Notes under the pieces: model-generated
Databases searched by the model: none
Told to the model about the DNA's origin: nothing
Seen by the model: only the letters and a program-made list of their open reading frames with translations
In this document: piece by piece, positions 45,585-55,773 of the stretch
Position numbering within the stretch: position 1 is the first letter of the stretch
Layout of the letters: the number at the start of each line of letters is the position of its first letter
Program-made: the position numbers and the translations under genes
NCBI GenBank assembly: GCA_963696385.1
Contig: CAVOKF010000005.1
Span: 1,216,001-1,280,000 of the forward strand
DNA length: 64,000 nt
Direction of reading: 5' to 3'
Source of the DNA: an uncultured delta proteobacterium
GTDB lineage: Bacteria; Myxococcota_A; Polyangia; Polyangiales; Polyangiaceae

Positions 45585-46456
45585 CGTGGGACGGGGTCGT
45601 CAGACTCCGCCAACAGGCGCTCGACGTGTGGGCCACCGTCTACGGTGGCAGCGTCGTCGGCGATCGAAAGGTTGTCCCTGTCGCGGTCGCTCCGGTCGGC
45701 AGCGCCGGTCCAGGTGACATTGCTCCGCTGCTTGTCGGCCGCTTCGTCGAGGCCGCGTTACAGGCCACGCGGCGCGGTGCAGCGCTTTTGGTTCAGGCCT
45801 CGCTTGCACCGGCGGTCAAGCGCGCCGAAAGCGTCTGGGTTCACGAGCACGCAACGTGGGCCTTGGCCCACTTGCTGGATAGCGCAATCGTTCCGGACGA
45901 CGAGCCGGTCATCGGCCCCGGCTGTGCCGTCGCTCCCAGTGCGGTCATGGGTCCGCGGGTTGTCCTCGGATCGCGCGTTGTCATCGGGGCCTGTGTCGTG
46001 CTCGGGCACCCCGGATTCGGGTGGGCGCGCGGTCCGGAGGGGGCCGTCCGCAGTGTTCCGCAGCTCGGGGGCGTCGTGATCGACGACGACGTGGCGGTGG
46101 GGCCGCTTTCCACCATCGACGCCGGAACGATCGCGCCGACCCGCGTTCGACGCGGCGCAAAGCTCGATTCGCACGTGCACGTGGGGCACAACGCGGACAT
46201 CGGCGAGGGCACGCTGGTCGCGGCGCAATGCGGCTTCGCGGGGTCGGTGACCATCGGTCCAGGCGTCCTCGTCGGCGGACAAGTCGGCGTCGCCGATCAC
46301 GTCGTGGTGGGCAAGGGCGCGCGCATTGCGGCGAAGAGCGGCGTCATCGGTGATGTACCCGCCGGCGCCGTCGTGGCAGGATACCCGGCCGTAGCGCGCA
46401 TGCGCTGGCTGCGTGCGCTCGGCAGGTTGTACGGTGCCTCGAGAGAGGATCGTTGA
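45581..46456 (+). CDS. lpxD: UDP-3-O-acylglucosamine N-acyltransferase
   Basis: Hexapeptide repeats, PGFGW, PQLGGVVI, KLDSHVHVGHN, GGQVGVADH, GYPA. Confidence 0.9.
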   Translation: MTWDGVVRLRQQALDVWATVYGGSVVGDRKVVPVAVAPVGSAGPGDIAPLLVGRFVEAALQATRRGAALLVQASLAPAVKRAESVWVHEHATWALAHLLDSAIVPDDEPVIGPGCAVAPSAVMGPRVVLGSRVVIGACVVLGHPGFGWARGPEGAVRSVPQLGGVVIDDDVAVGPLSTIDAGTIAPTRVRRGAKLDSHVHVGHNADIGEGTLVAAQCGFAGSVTIGPGVLVGGQVGVADHVVVGKGARIAAKSGVIGDVPAGAVVAGYPAVARMRWLRALGRLYGASREDR

Positions 46457-46908
46457 AAGTCAGTACCGGCATTGAGATCGACCGAATCCTGCGGATCTTG
46501 CCGCACCGATGGCCGTTCGTCCTCGTCGACCGTGTAACAGAGGTCGTGTCCGGGGAGCGCATCGTCGGCCACAAATGCGTCACGGTGGCCGAGCCTTGGT
46601 TTCAGGGTCACTTTCCCGCGCGTCCGATCATGCCGGGTGTTCTCATCGTCGAGGCGCTCGCGCAGATCGGCGGCATTCTCGCGTACGCGACCGAGCCGTT
46701 TGACCCATCCAACTCGCTCATGTACTTCCTCGGCATCGACAAGGCGAAATTCCGCCGTACGGTCACTCCGGGCGACCGCCTCGATCTGCTGGTCACGATC
46801 GCGCACCACCGCACGAACGTGTGGAAGTTCCACGGCGAGGCGTCGGTCGACGGAACGCTTTGCGCCAGCGCGGACTTGCTGGCGAGCGTCGTGGACCGCC
46901 AGGGGTGA
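46453..46908 (+). CDS. fabZ: 3-hydroxyacyl-ACP dehydratase
   Basis: [33 protein letters not shown]. Confidence 0.97.
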   Translation: MKVSTGIEIDRILRILPHRWPFVLVDRVTEVVSGERIVGHKCVTVAEPWFQGHFPARPIMPGVLIVEALAQIGGILAYATEPFDPSNSLMYFLGIDKAKFRRTVTPGDRLDLLVTIAHHRTNVWKFHGEASVDGTLCASADLLASVVDRQG

Positions 46909-46913
46909 CCGCC

Positions 46914-47670
46914 ATGGCTCGGGTGCACGCTGCAGCGATAGTGGATCGCCGCGCCGAGCTGGCCGGCAGCGTCGTCGTAGGGCCCTATGCGATCGTGGAG
47001 GCAGGGGCCGTCCTATCGCGGGGGTGTGTGATCCATCCGCATGCCGTCGTCCGTTCCCGAAGCGTCCTCGGCCCGAGGACGGTGGTGCATCCGTTCGCCG
47101 TCATCGGCGGTGAGCCGCAAGCCAAGAGCGGGGGCACGGGGCCGGCGCGCGTCGAGATCGGAGAGGGGAACGTCTTCCGCGAGCATTCGACGGTTCACGG
47201 AGGCACCGAGGGCCGTGTGACCCGGATTGGGGCCTTCAATTGGTTCATGGTTGGGTCGCATGTCGCCCACGATGTCGTCGTCGGATTCGAACTGTGTTCT
47301 GGCAAACGGGGTCCAGCTGGCCGGTCATGTCGTCGTCGAGGACTGGGTGAACTTCGGAGGACTGAGTGGCGTCGCGCAACGGGCTCGTATCGGCGAGAGT
47401 GCATTCGTCGCGGCGGCCGCGGCATGCGAGCGTGACGTTCCCCCGTACGTCATCGTGCAGGGCGATCGGGCTCGCGTCCGGGGAGTAAACGTCGTTGGCC
47501 TCCGGAGGAGGTCGGTACCGGAGTCGAGCATTCGTGCGCTCAAGCGGGCCGTCGCCAAACTATGGCACTCCGGGGTGATCCGAGCCCAAGCATTGCGCAG
47601 TCTCGACGCCGAAGCCGATCCATACGTCCGTGCGCTCGTTCGAGCGCTGCAAATCGCCGCCGACCCGTAG
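46914..47670 (+). CDS. lpxA: UDP-N-acetylglucosamine acyltransferase; frameshifted near 47288
   Basis: [23 protein letters not shown] in one frame and [11 protein letters not shown]...DVPPY...GVNVVGLRR in the next. One extra T at ggattcgaac explains the shift. Confidence 0.9.
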
Positions 47671-47679
47671 CGACAAGTC

Positions 47680-50301
47680 TCAGCGGCCGCGAGAGCCCTC
47701 GTCGAGGATGTCTTGGAACGCCCGGTCGAATTCGTCGTCGGCGCCCACCGCCGCCGCACGCGACGGCTGCTTGGGCTCGAACTTCTGAAGCCGCCGAATG
47801 CGCTCGTGAACGTCGCGGAACGAGGGCACGAGACGTGCGGTGCGTTGCAGGTATTCGAGCGCCTGCTTGGTCATTTTCTTCGCCTCGTATGCGGCTCCGA
47901 CCTCGTAGCTCAGGGCGGCTTCCTGCTCTCTCGTGCGCTCGGCCACTTGCAGACCGCGTAGGAACGCCTCGATCGCCTCGTTGAGATTGCCGCGCTCGAT
48001 CTGTATCGTCCCGATCATCGAGTGGCAGACGCATGCGCTCTTCGGATCGCGCGTCGCCATCCCGAACTCGCGGATCGCGTCGTCGAGCAAACCCATTTCA
48101 CGGTACGCGACACCGAGGTCGTAGTGGCTCTGCGTGTCCTCGACGGTGATTTGCTGGGCCACGCCCGCTTTGAATTTCGCGAAGACCTCCTCGACGTCAA
48201 CCTGTTCGGCAGGCCCCGCGATACCCCTCGATGCGCCCGGTGCGCTCAGCAGAGCGCCAGCGTCGTTGAATGCGCGCTCCCCGGCGGGCGACGGACGCGT
48301 GCCAGAGTCTCCGTGAGCACTGCGTTCTTGTGCCTCGAGCTCGGTCAACCGATCGCGCAGCAGAGGATGGTTCGGCACGCGCGATAGCTGCTCCTGCAGG
48401 ATCGTCCGGGCGTCGTCGAACAATCCTCTCGAAGCAAAGAAGTCGGCCTCTTCGAGGGCGGATTCGAGTTCCGGGATCCCGCGTTGGGGGGCTCCGCGCC
48501 GGCCACCCGGTGCCGAGGCGGCCTGACCGTTGTGCGCCGCGCCCGACTCGCTTGACTCGTGAGGCCGGTCGAGTGGATAGCTCGGCAACGGCCCGTCCCC
48601 GAATGGATCGTCAATGGCGTCGATATTCGACTGCAGCGCTGCTGGCTGGGCGGGCGCCGTTTCGCTCGAATTCGAGAGACCGTCGTCGTCGGGGCTGATT
48701 TCTTCCAGGTCGTACGACGGCAGCGGGGCTTCCGGGTCGTAGCTGCTCAATGGCGCGCGCATCGACGCCGTTTCGCGAGCCTCGTGAACGTCGGTATCGG
48801 TCCCTTCCTCGACGAGCTCGTAGCCGAGGTCGCGCAGCATGCGCGTCGCGACGGCATTGTCCGGATCGAGCGCCAGCGCATCCTGAAGGGCGCGTGCGGC
48901 CTCCTCGCCGTCGAGAGACTCGACGAGGATCTCGGCGATCGCGAGGTGCTGGCCGACCGCGCCGCCGACGTTGCCGGATTCGACAAGGAGGTCGCGCAGC
49001 ATCTCGCGAACCTCGAGCGAGCGGGGCGCAAGCCGCAAGCCCTCCTCGAGCGTCTGGATCGCGGCCCCGAGCCGGCGATGGCGTCGAAAGCCGGCGGCGT
49101 CGGCCAGAATGCGCGTGACGTCCTGATAGGCAGCTTCCCGGGTGCGGCCGTCGCCGGTCTCCTCGACCTGGTCGAAGCCCGTATCGGCACCTTCGTTCCC
49201 GTTCTTCGAGGAAGCGTGCGCCGCCCTCTTCGCGAGCTCGATGGGCTGTTCCTCGGATTCGATGTCGTCGTCGACGACGTCTTCGTACGTTTCCTCGACG
49301 GCGGCTCCACCATCGTCGAGGCCTTCCCCCTCTTGCCACGCCGTTCGAGCGAGGGATCCGTTCGCTGTGCGGGCGGGGGTCTCGAGTGCAAGCTGTTGGA
49401 CGACCTCGTCGTTCGGAGCGAGCTTCTGCAACTTCGAAATGAGGTCGCGAAAGAGGTCGGTTTTGCCCGATTCCCGCGCAATGCGCGCCATCTCCTTGTG
49501 GACTTCGATGGCCTTGGCGGCCTGACCGATGTTCGTGAAGGCCCGCGCGAGCAGTTCCAGCGTGTCAATGTCACGTGGATTGGCCTGGAAGCAAATCTGC
49601 AGCTTCGCGAGAGCGTGCAGCCCATCGTTCGGGTTGCCGCGCGCCAAGTACAGCTCGGCGGCCAGCCGGGCATGCGACGGATCGGCATTCAGCTGCAGCA
49701 TGCGCTCGGTCACGCGCAGAGCGTCGTCACGTCGCTCGAGGCGCATCAGCTGTCCGGTGGCGATCCCGAACTCGGCCACGGCTTCGTCGACGCTCTTTGC
49801 GTGCGACAACGCCTCGGCAAGACGCAAATGCGACAGGGGGTTGGTCGGATCGACTTCGACGATCCGACGGAACACTTCGATGGCGTCCTGCTCGCGGCTC
49901 TGGCGCTGCAGATACGTCGCCATTTCATCGAGTGCCGCAAGCGCATCGCTCGTCAGTCCGAGCTGCTGATACAAGTCTGCGAGTTGGGGGGTGACGTGCG
50001 CGTATTTGTCCTCGAGCTGGGGAACATATTTCGTTATGATTTCACGTATTTGCTTGAACACGGCAACCGCTTTGAGCGAGAAGCCCTGGCTCGCATAAAA
50101 CTTCCCCACACGCTCGTAGGTGGCGATGGCGTCGGCGTACGCCTCCATCTTGGACTGGAGGTCCCCGAGCTTCAGGAGCGTCCGCGCATCGCTCGGATCT
50201 TCCTGGAGGATTTTTTGGTACTCGATGGCCGCCCGGTCGTAGCGCCTCTTTTCGACGTACTTCTGGGCGGCGGCGAGTGTCTTCTCGCGGTCGATCGCCA
50301 C
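47680..50301 (-). CDS. Large TPR protein, SgmX-like (type IV pilus motility)
   Basis: N-terminal TPR array (AQKYVEKRRYDRAAIEYQKIL, GFSLKAVAVFKQI), acidic linker and C-terminal TPRs (SHYDLGVAYREMGLLDDAIREF), an architecture I recall for M. xanthus SgmX. Confidence 0.75.
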   Translation of the reverse strand: MAIDREKTLAAAQKYVEKRRYDRAAIEYQKILQEDPSDARTLLKLGDLQSKMEAYADAIATYERVGKFYASQGFSLKAVAVFKQIREIITKYVPQLEDKYAHVTPQLADLYQQLGLTSDALAALDEMATYLQRQSREQDAIEVFRRIVEVDPTNPLSHLRLAEALSHAKSVDEAVAEFGIATGQLMRLERRDDALRVTERMLQLNADPSHARLAAELYLARGNPNDGLHALAKLQICFQANPRDIDTLELLARAFTNIGQAAKAIEVHKEMARIARESGKTDLFRDLISKLQKLAPNDEVVQQLALETPARTANGSLARTAWQEGEGLDDGGAAVEETYEDVVDDDIESEEQPIELAKRAAHASSKNGNEGADTGFDQVEETGDGRTREAAYQDVTRILADAAGFRRHRRLGAAIQTLEEGLRLAPRSLEVREMLRDLLVESGNVGGAVGQHLAIAEILVESLDGEEAARALQDALALDPDNAVATRMLRDLGYELVEEGTDTDVHEARETASMRAPLSSYDPEAPLPSYDLEEISPDDDGLSNSSETAPAQPAALQSNIDAIDDPFGDGPLPSYPLDRPHESSESGAAHNGQAASAPGGRRGAPQRGIPELESALEEADFFASRGLFDDARTILQEQLSRVPNHPLLRDRLTELEAQERSAHGDSGTRPSPAGERAFNDAGALLSAPGASRGIAGPAEQVDVEEVFAKFKAGVAQQITVEDTQSHYDLGVAYREMGLLDDAIREFGMATRDPKSACVCHSMIGTIQIERGNLNEAIEAFLRGLQVAERTREQEAALSYEVGAAYEAKKMTKQALEYLQRTARLVPSFRDVHERIRRLQKFEPKQPSRAAAVGADDEFDRAFQDILDEGSRGR

Positions 50302-50504
50302 GTTTTACGACTGCTCCCTCCGGCGGCGGCCGCTCGCTGGGCGTCCCGCAATTTCAGAGTACCTCGATTCGAGACCTGTGGCGCGATGTTTGGCGCCGAT
50401 TGCGTGCTCCGGGTCAAAAATAGCACCCATGTAGGTGCTGTATTGCGCCGGCCGCGCTCGACGACGGGTCGCGCCGTATCTAGGTTCGGACGGCTAGGGG
50501 ATCC

Positions 50505-51959
50505 ATGCCTACTCAGTCGACGAAGTACAAGGCCCCGTTTGGCGCGGAAGGATCCGCCGCGGTGGATTCGGCCCTGGCCGCGAAGCTGCTCGCGGTTGCC
50601 CTGAGCCGTGGGGGAGACTATGCGGATCTGTTCTTCGAGTACCGCGCCGCGGGGGGGCTCGTTTTCGACGAGGGAATCCTGAAAACCGCATCGCGCGGCG
50701 TGTCGATGGGGCTTGGCGTTCGCGTCCAGCGAGGGGACGCGACCGGTTACGCGTACGTCGAGCAGCTCGACTGGGAGGCGATGAAACGGGCAGCCGAGAC
50801 GGCGGCGCAAATCGCCAGCGGCGCCGGTTCCACCGAAGCGACGCACGCGCAGTGGGTCGAAACGGCTCGGCGCTACGACCTCGACCAGGTAAGTCTGGAC
50901 GTTCCCGGGCCCGAGAAGCGGCAGCTGCTCGAGCGGGCGGCGGCGGTTGCGCACGGCTTCGATGCCCGCATCGTCAAGGTCGAGGCGAGCCTCTCCGAGG
51001 AGATCCGCGAGATTCTAGTCGTGACGAGCGATGGGTTGATGGTGCGCGACACTCAGCCACTCCTCCGCTTTGGGGTGCGCGCGATTGCGGAGAGAAACGG
51101 CAAGCGCCAGGAAGGCTCGAGCGGCGGCGGAGGGCGCACGACCATCGGGTACTTCGAGGACAAGAGCCCCGAGTGGCACGGGCGGGAAGCGGCACGACAA
51201 GCCGTGACGATGCTGGATGCGCAAGACGCTCCGGCGGGACAAATGGAGGTCGTCCTCGCACCGGGCGACAGCGGCATCTTGCTGCATGAGGCGGTTGGCC
51301 ACGGTCTCGAAGCGGACTTCAATCGCAAAGGAACGAGCAACTATGCCGGCAAGGTGGGCGCGGCGGTCGCAAGCGATCTCTGCACCGTGGTGGACGATGC
51401 GACCTTACTGAACAGCCGCGGTACGATCAACGTCGACGACGAGGGACACGAGCCGCGGCGTTCTGTGCTCATCGAGAATGGAACGCTGGTCGGGTATATG
51501 CACGACCGGCTGAGCGCGAAGCATTACGGGCTCGCGCCTAGCGGCAACGGGCGTCGCGAGAGCTTCGCGTGCGCCCCGATGCCCCGGATGACCAACACGG
51601 TCCTGCTCGCCGGACCGCACGACCCGGAGGAGATCCTCAAGAGCGTGAAGCGAGGCGTGTACGCAAAAAAGTTTGGCGGCGGCCAGGTCGACATCGCGAA
51701 CGGCGACTTCGTGTTTTCTCTCACCGAGAGTTATCTGGTCGAGGACGGTAAGATCACGGCCCCCCTCAAGGGTGTGAATCTCATCGGAAACGGCCCCGAC
51801 GTTCTGCGCCGGGTGACGATGCTCGGTCACGACGTCGAGTTGAGCGACGGGATCTGGACGTGCGGGAAGGACGGCCAGAGCGTGCCGGTCGGCGTGGGGT
51901 GCCCGACGATAAAAATCTCGTCGATCACGGTCGGCGGTACCCGGGTGGGGCGGGCCTGA
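50505..51959 (+). CDS. tldD: TldD metalloprotease
   Basis: LHEAVGHGLEADFNRK, GNGRRES...PMPRMTNT, CGKDGQSVPVGVG. Confidence 0.95.
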   Translation: MPTQSTKYKAPFGAEGSAAVDSALAAKLLAVALSRGGDYADLFFEYRAAGGLVFDEGILKTASRGVSMGLGVRVQRGDATGYAYVEQLDWEAMKRAAETAAQIASGAGSTEATHAQWVETARRYDLDQVSLDVPGPEKRQLLERAAAVAHGFDARIVKVEASLSEEIREILVVTSDGLMVRDTQPLLRFGVRAIAERNGKRQEGSSGGGGRTTIGYFEDKSPEWHGREAARQAVTMLDAQDAPAGQMEVVLAPGDSGILLHEAVGHGLEADFNRKGTSNYAGKVGAAVASDLCTVVDDATLLNSRGTINVDDEGHEPRRSVLIENGTLVGYMHDRLSAKHYGLAPSGNGRRESFACAPMPRMTNTVLLAGPHDPEEILKSVKRGVYAKKFGGGQVDIANGDFVFSLTESYLVEDGKITAPLKGVNLIGNGPDVLRRVTMLGHDVELSDGIWTCGKDGQSVPVGVGCPTIKISSITVGGTRVGRA

Positions 51960-52056
51960 AGGCTTTTGCCGCCACGCGCCGGCCAGCCCCTCGCTCCGGG
52001 GCCGAGGGTCTCGTCCTTTCCGGACATCCGCATATGAATACTCGACTGAGGAGGGC

Positions 52057-52800
52057 ATGTTACGATATGGACCGGGATCCGTGGGCAAGCCCGGGTCATT
52101 CGTGTTGGTCGTCGGTCACCGAACGTTGGTCGACGGCCCCGAAGGAGCAGCTGCGCTGCTTCGTCAGCTCGGGTCCGAGGTGCGGACGCTCGATCTGTGG
52201 GACGACTTCGTCTCCATCGTCGAGCAAGCGCGGTCGGGGGGTGACGTGCGCGCGATGGTGTTCGAAGCAGGCGAGCGCCCGGACTTGGCCGCCGCCGCGC
52301 TGCGAGCCGCGCGCAAGGTGCCCGAGCTCAGCGAAATACCGACCATCGTCACGCTGCCACCGCGTCAGATCACGGGGTACGATCCGGCGAGCGGATTCGA
52401 CGACTTCATCGTCGTGCCGTGTGTCCCCGGCGAGCTTTACGCGCGAATTCGAGCGCTCGAATGGACGCGCAGCGAATTTGCCACCGAGGAGCGCCTGAAG
52501 ATTGGCTCTCTCGTCGTCGATCGGGCTGCGCACGAAGTGAGCGTCGACGGGCGGCGGGTAACCCTGACGGCGAAGGAATTCTCGCTGCTCGCCTTCCTCG
52601 CCGCGAATCGCGGTCGCGTATTCTCCAGGGAGACACTGCTTGCGCGCGTTTGGGGAAGTCGCTACGAGGGCGGCGCGCGCACCGTCGACATTCACGTTCG
52701 CCGGCTGCGCGCCAAGCTCGGGGACGCATTGCCGCTCGAGACTCTCCGCGGCGCCGGGTACAAGCTGCGCGCGCCGAGCGACGCGGGAAAGTCCCGTTGA
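52057..52800 (+). CDS. OmpR-family regulator with atypical receiver
   Basis: C-terminal wHTH LTAKEFSLL...RVFSRETLL...RTVDIHVRRLRAKL; the N-terminus lacks the canonical phospho-acceptor pocket. Confidence 0.88.
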   Translation: MLRYGPGSVGKPGSFVLVVGHRTLVDGPEGAAALLRQLGSEVRTLDLWDDFVSIVEQARSGGDVRAMVFEAGERPDLAAAALRAARKVPELSEIPTIVTLPPRQITGYDPASGFDDFIVVPCVPGELYARIRALEWTRSEFATEERLKIGSLVVDRAAHEVSVDGRRVTLTAKEFSLLAFLAANRGRVFSRETLLARVWGSRYEGGARTVDIHVRRLRAKLGDALPLETLRGAGYKLRAPSDAGKSR

Positions 52801-53834
52801 GCGCGCCTCGCGCGCTCATCAGCATCGGCTGTCCTTGCGGAATCGGACCGGAGGTGAGCGTTGCGGCTGCGGCGGCCGAACGGCGCGTCCGCGTCGTCCT
52901 GGTCGGCGACGTCGATGCCGTGCGCGCCGCGGCGTCCGGCCGTGGAATCGCCCTGTCGCGCGTCGTTCGCGTGTCGGGGCCGGCGGAAGGCTTCGGTCTG
53001 GCCCGGGACCCTATCGCGGTCTGGCAGCCCACTCGTGCTCTGGCGTTGCGCGACCGGCGTCCCGGAGCGCCCACGCGAGTCTCCGGCCGCGCGCAACTCG
53101 GCTGGATCGACGCCGCCTGCGACGCCGTGGCGGCGCAAGCGGCGGACGTGCTCGTGACCGGTCCGGTCAGCAAGGAAGCCATCGCCCGATCGGGTGCGGT
53201 CGGGGCAGCGGACTTCATCGGACATACCGAGCACCTGCAAAAAAGACTGCGATCGCGCGAGGTCGTCATGGCCTTCTGGTCGCCCAGGATCGTGACCGCC
53301 CTTGCGACGACACACATTGCGCTGCGTCGCGTCCCTCGTGCCGTCACCCCGGCGCTGGTTGCGCGGGCGACGTATTGGCTCACCTGGTTCTTGGCTCAGC
53401 TTACGGGCCGCCGGCCCCGCGTGGCGGTGGCCGCGCTCAATCCTCACGGCGGGGAAGGGGGCCTGCTTGGTCGAGAGGAACGAGACAGCATCGTGCCAGG
53501 GATCGCTCGCGCGCGCGCGCGGCTCGAAGCATCGGGGATTTCGGCGAGCATCGACGGGCCGGTGCCTGCGGAGAGTGCATTTCGCTTGGCGGCGGGTCAG
53601 CGATGGGACGGGATCGTGGCGATGTACCATGATCAGGCGACCATTCCGATGAAGCTTCTGGGCTTCGGCGATGCCGTGAACGTGTCTTTGGGTCTGCCGA
53701 TCGTCCGAACCAGCGTCGATCACGGCACGGCTTACGATCGAGCGGGCCAGTGGACGGCGGATGCACGCGGTATGCGTGCAGCCATCGCCCTTGCCGGTCG
53801 GCTCGCGCGCATCGGCCGAGACGCCCTCGTCTAG
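52797..53834 (+). CDS. pdxA: 4-hydroxythreonine-4-phosphate dehydrogenase
   Basis: GCPCGIGPEV, TGPVSKE, GHTEHL, LNPHGGEGG, AMYHDQ, GLPIVRTSVDHGTAYD. Confidence 0.95.
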   Translation: MSAPRALISIGCPCGIGPEVSVAAAAAERRVRVVLVGDVDAVRAAASGRGIALSRVVRVSGPAEGFGLARDPIAVWQPTRALALRDRRPGAPTRVSGRAQLGWIDAACDAVAAQAADVLVTGPVSKEAIARSGAVGAADFIGHTEHLQKRLRSREVVMAFWSPRIVTALATTHIALRRVPRAVTPALVARATYWLTWFLAQLTGRRPRVAVAALNPHGGEGGLLGREERDSIVPGIARARARLEASGISASIDGPVPAESAFRLAAGQRWDGIVAMYHDQATIPMKLLGFGDAVNVSLGLPIVRTSVDHGTAYDRAGQWTADARGMRAAIALAGRLARIGRDALV

Positions 53835-54169
53835 CGAGCGCCCCACACCGCCCAGGCGAGCCACCCGAGCATCGCGATGCACAGGCCGAACGCGCTCAGC
53901 GTGATCGGGAGAGGAACCCTTCCCGGACGGGGCGTTTTCGTCGAAAGCAGCAAGTGGGTCGCGGCGACGACGATGGCATCGACCTTTTTTTTCGCGCGCC
54001 CACCCTTTTGAGGGTCGTCCACGAGCGCGCGATATCTGCGGGCGATCTCGGGCAACGCCTGCGTGTGGAGCGCGTGATCGAGCAACGCCCGGTGCGGATG
54101 GTCCTCTTCCCATGCAGCGAGGACGCGCTCCCACAGGGCATCGAGCACGGGGTCCGTGGAGTCAGCCAT
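53831..54169 (-). CDS. Hypothetical membrane-anchored protein
   Basis: DALWERVLAAWEEDHPH helical domain and a C-terminal TM helix. Confidence 0.65.
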   Translation of the reverse strand: MADSTDPVLDALWERVLAAWEEDHPHRALLDHALHTQALPEIARRYRALVDDPQKGGRAKKKVDAIVVAATHLLLSTKTPRPGRVPLPITLSAFGLCIAMLGWLAWAVWGAR

Positions 54170-54249
54170 CTCGACCGCGTGTGCGTTCGGCGGAGTCTGT
54201 CCGGCCGGTGCTTTGGACGCCCGCTCGATCAGCCGCCCCACGACGGCCC

Positions 54250-54687
54250 TCATGGAAGGGCGATTCGCAGCTCGCGAGCAAGATGCGAGACCGCCTCAAA
54301 ATACGAGGATCGATCGTACGGCTCATTCAGGATGCAGAAGTCGCGGCCGGACAAGCCCACGCAGCCGAAGCCGTAGGTGCATTCGATGCAGCCGATGGAT
54401 CGGACGAGGTAGGCGCTGCCGAGGCAACCATCGCTTTCTACGCAGTGGTGGCAGGCCCAGCACCGTTGACAGCGTACGCAATGGGAACACTCCGCGCAGT
54501 CGGTGCACGACGTGCAGTAGTGGCAACGTGCTAGTCCGGTCGAACCAACACAGAACGTGCACTGGCTGCATCGCTCGCAACGATCGCACGCATAACAGGT
54601 CGTATTGCGCCGAAGCGGGGCCCGCGCGACGAGCTCCGCCAGCGCACCCTCGAACTGAGCGCCAGTGAGTGAACGGACTTCGCTCAT
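54250..54687 (-). CDS. Cys-rich (Cxx)n repeat protein
   Basis: Runs of CxxCxxC followed by FGCVGL...FCILN..Y; no signal peptide. Confidence 0.8.
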   Translation of the reverse strand: MSEVRSLTGAQFEGALAELVARAPLRRNTTCYACDRCERCSQCTFCVGSTGLARCHYCTSCTDCAECSHCVRCQRCWACHHCVESDGCLGSAYLVRSIGCIECTYGFGCVGLSGRDFCILNEPYDRSSYFEAVSHLARELRIALP

Positions 54688-54808
54688 GCCAAGGGTCGAC
54701 TTTTCTGACGTTCGGGCCCGGGAGGTCAAGACGCTCGCCTGGGATGAGCGGCTTTTTTGGCCCGTCCGCACGGCTGTGTGTACCAATGTGCGATACGGAG
54801 GCCTATCG

Positions 54809-55681
54809 ATGCCCGGCTCGCAACTATCCTATGTCTCGCTTTCATTCGCAGCAGCTCTCGCCTGCGTTCTGACTCCCGCGCTTGCGATCGCGTCACCCGC
54901 TTCACCGACTCCGGCTCGGACGGATCGCGACGCCAGGGCCAAGCCCTGCGCGAAGGCTCCCGTCGAGGTCGTTGCGGGCGCCGACCGCGCCACGTTCCCG
55001 CTCGCAGCGTGCGACGGAGGGGCGCTGCAATCCGGGGTCGACGAGTTTTCGATTCTCGCGAGGCCGGCAACGGCGGCCAAGCCGACCGAGCCACTCCCCG
55101 CGCTCGCAAAGAGCAACGGGACGGAGCTCGCCCCGGGCGTACGCCGCGTCGATTCGCGTCTGGTCGAGCGCCTGCAGCTCGTCGTGGATCACTTCGCCAC
55201 GGAGAATCAGCCCGCCCGGGTGGTGCTTCTCTCCGGGTATCGTCCGCGCGGATCCGGCAGCTATCACTCGACGGGTAGGGCCATCGACTTCCGAATCGAG
55301 GGCGTGAAAAACGATACGCTGGCTGCCTTCTGCAAGACGCTTCCCGATACCGGCTGCGGCCTGTACCCCAACGACGTTTTCGTTCATATGGACGTCCGAA
55401 ATTCCGGCACCGGTCACGTGGCTTGGGTCGACACGAGCCGCCAGGCAGCCATCGTCCCGGGCCGCAGTGTCACGGCCGGCGCCCCTTTGACGCCACCCAA
55501 AAATCCGCCCTCGGCTTCGGCGAGTGCGCCCGGGCTGTCGATCGCGAAGCCCATCGAGCAGAGCGACCTGGGGCACGCCGACGCGGCCAAAGAGAAGCTG
55601 CCACCGCTACCCGCGAAAGAGCGACGGATCAGCCGACGCAAGCGCCACAAGAAATCCCATCCGGAAAGCCGATCGATCTAG
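54809..55681 (+). CDS. Peptidase M15/YcbK (DUF882-like) cell-wall peptidase
   Basis: Signal peptide, LSGYR, SYHSTGRAIDF (HxxxxxxD), GLYP..FVHMDVR. Confidence 0.88.
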   Translation: MPGSQLSYVSLSFAAALACVLTPALAIASPASPTPARTDRDARAKPCAKAPVEVVAGADRATFPLAACDGGALQSGVDEFSILARPATAAKPTEPLPALAKSNGTELAPGVRRVDSRLVERLQLVVDHFATENQPARVVLLSGYRPRGSGSYHSTGRAIDFRIEGVKNDTLAAFCKTLPDTGCGLYPNDVFVHMDVRNSGTGHVAWVDTSRQAAIVPGRSVTAGAPLTPPKNPPSASASAPGLSIAKPIEQSDLGHADAAKEKLPPLPAKERRISRRKRHKKSHPESRSI

Positions 55682-55773
55682 AGGGGGGGCAAGGGTGCAT
55701 CGACGGCGGTGCACCCGTCGGCTTCGCCGATCCGCCGACACCGGCGGGACGGTCCCCGCGTTTGCCCACGGCT

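Noticed and set aside
46914..47670. lpxA pseudogene or programmed frameshift
   Set aside because: No slippery heptamer and no other decay; it fits the window-wide pattern of probable indel errors.
29734..50604. Long antisense ORFs (e.g. 29734-31518, 36591-38474, 38505-40232, 48559-50604)
   Set aside because: Shadow ORFs typical of high-GC DNA, lying opposite well-identified genes and lacking motifs.
54440..54465. c-type cytochrome call from CWACH in the Cys-rich protein
   Set aside because: The motif is a by-product of the Cxx periodicity and the protein has no export signal.
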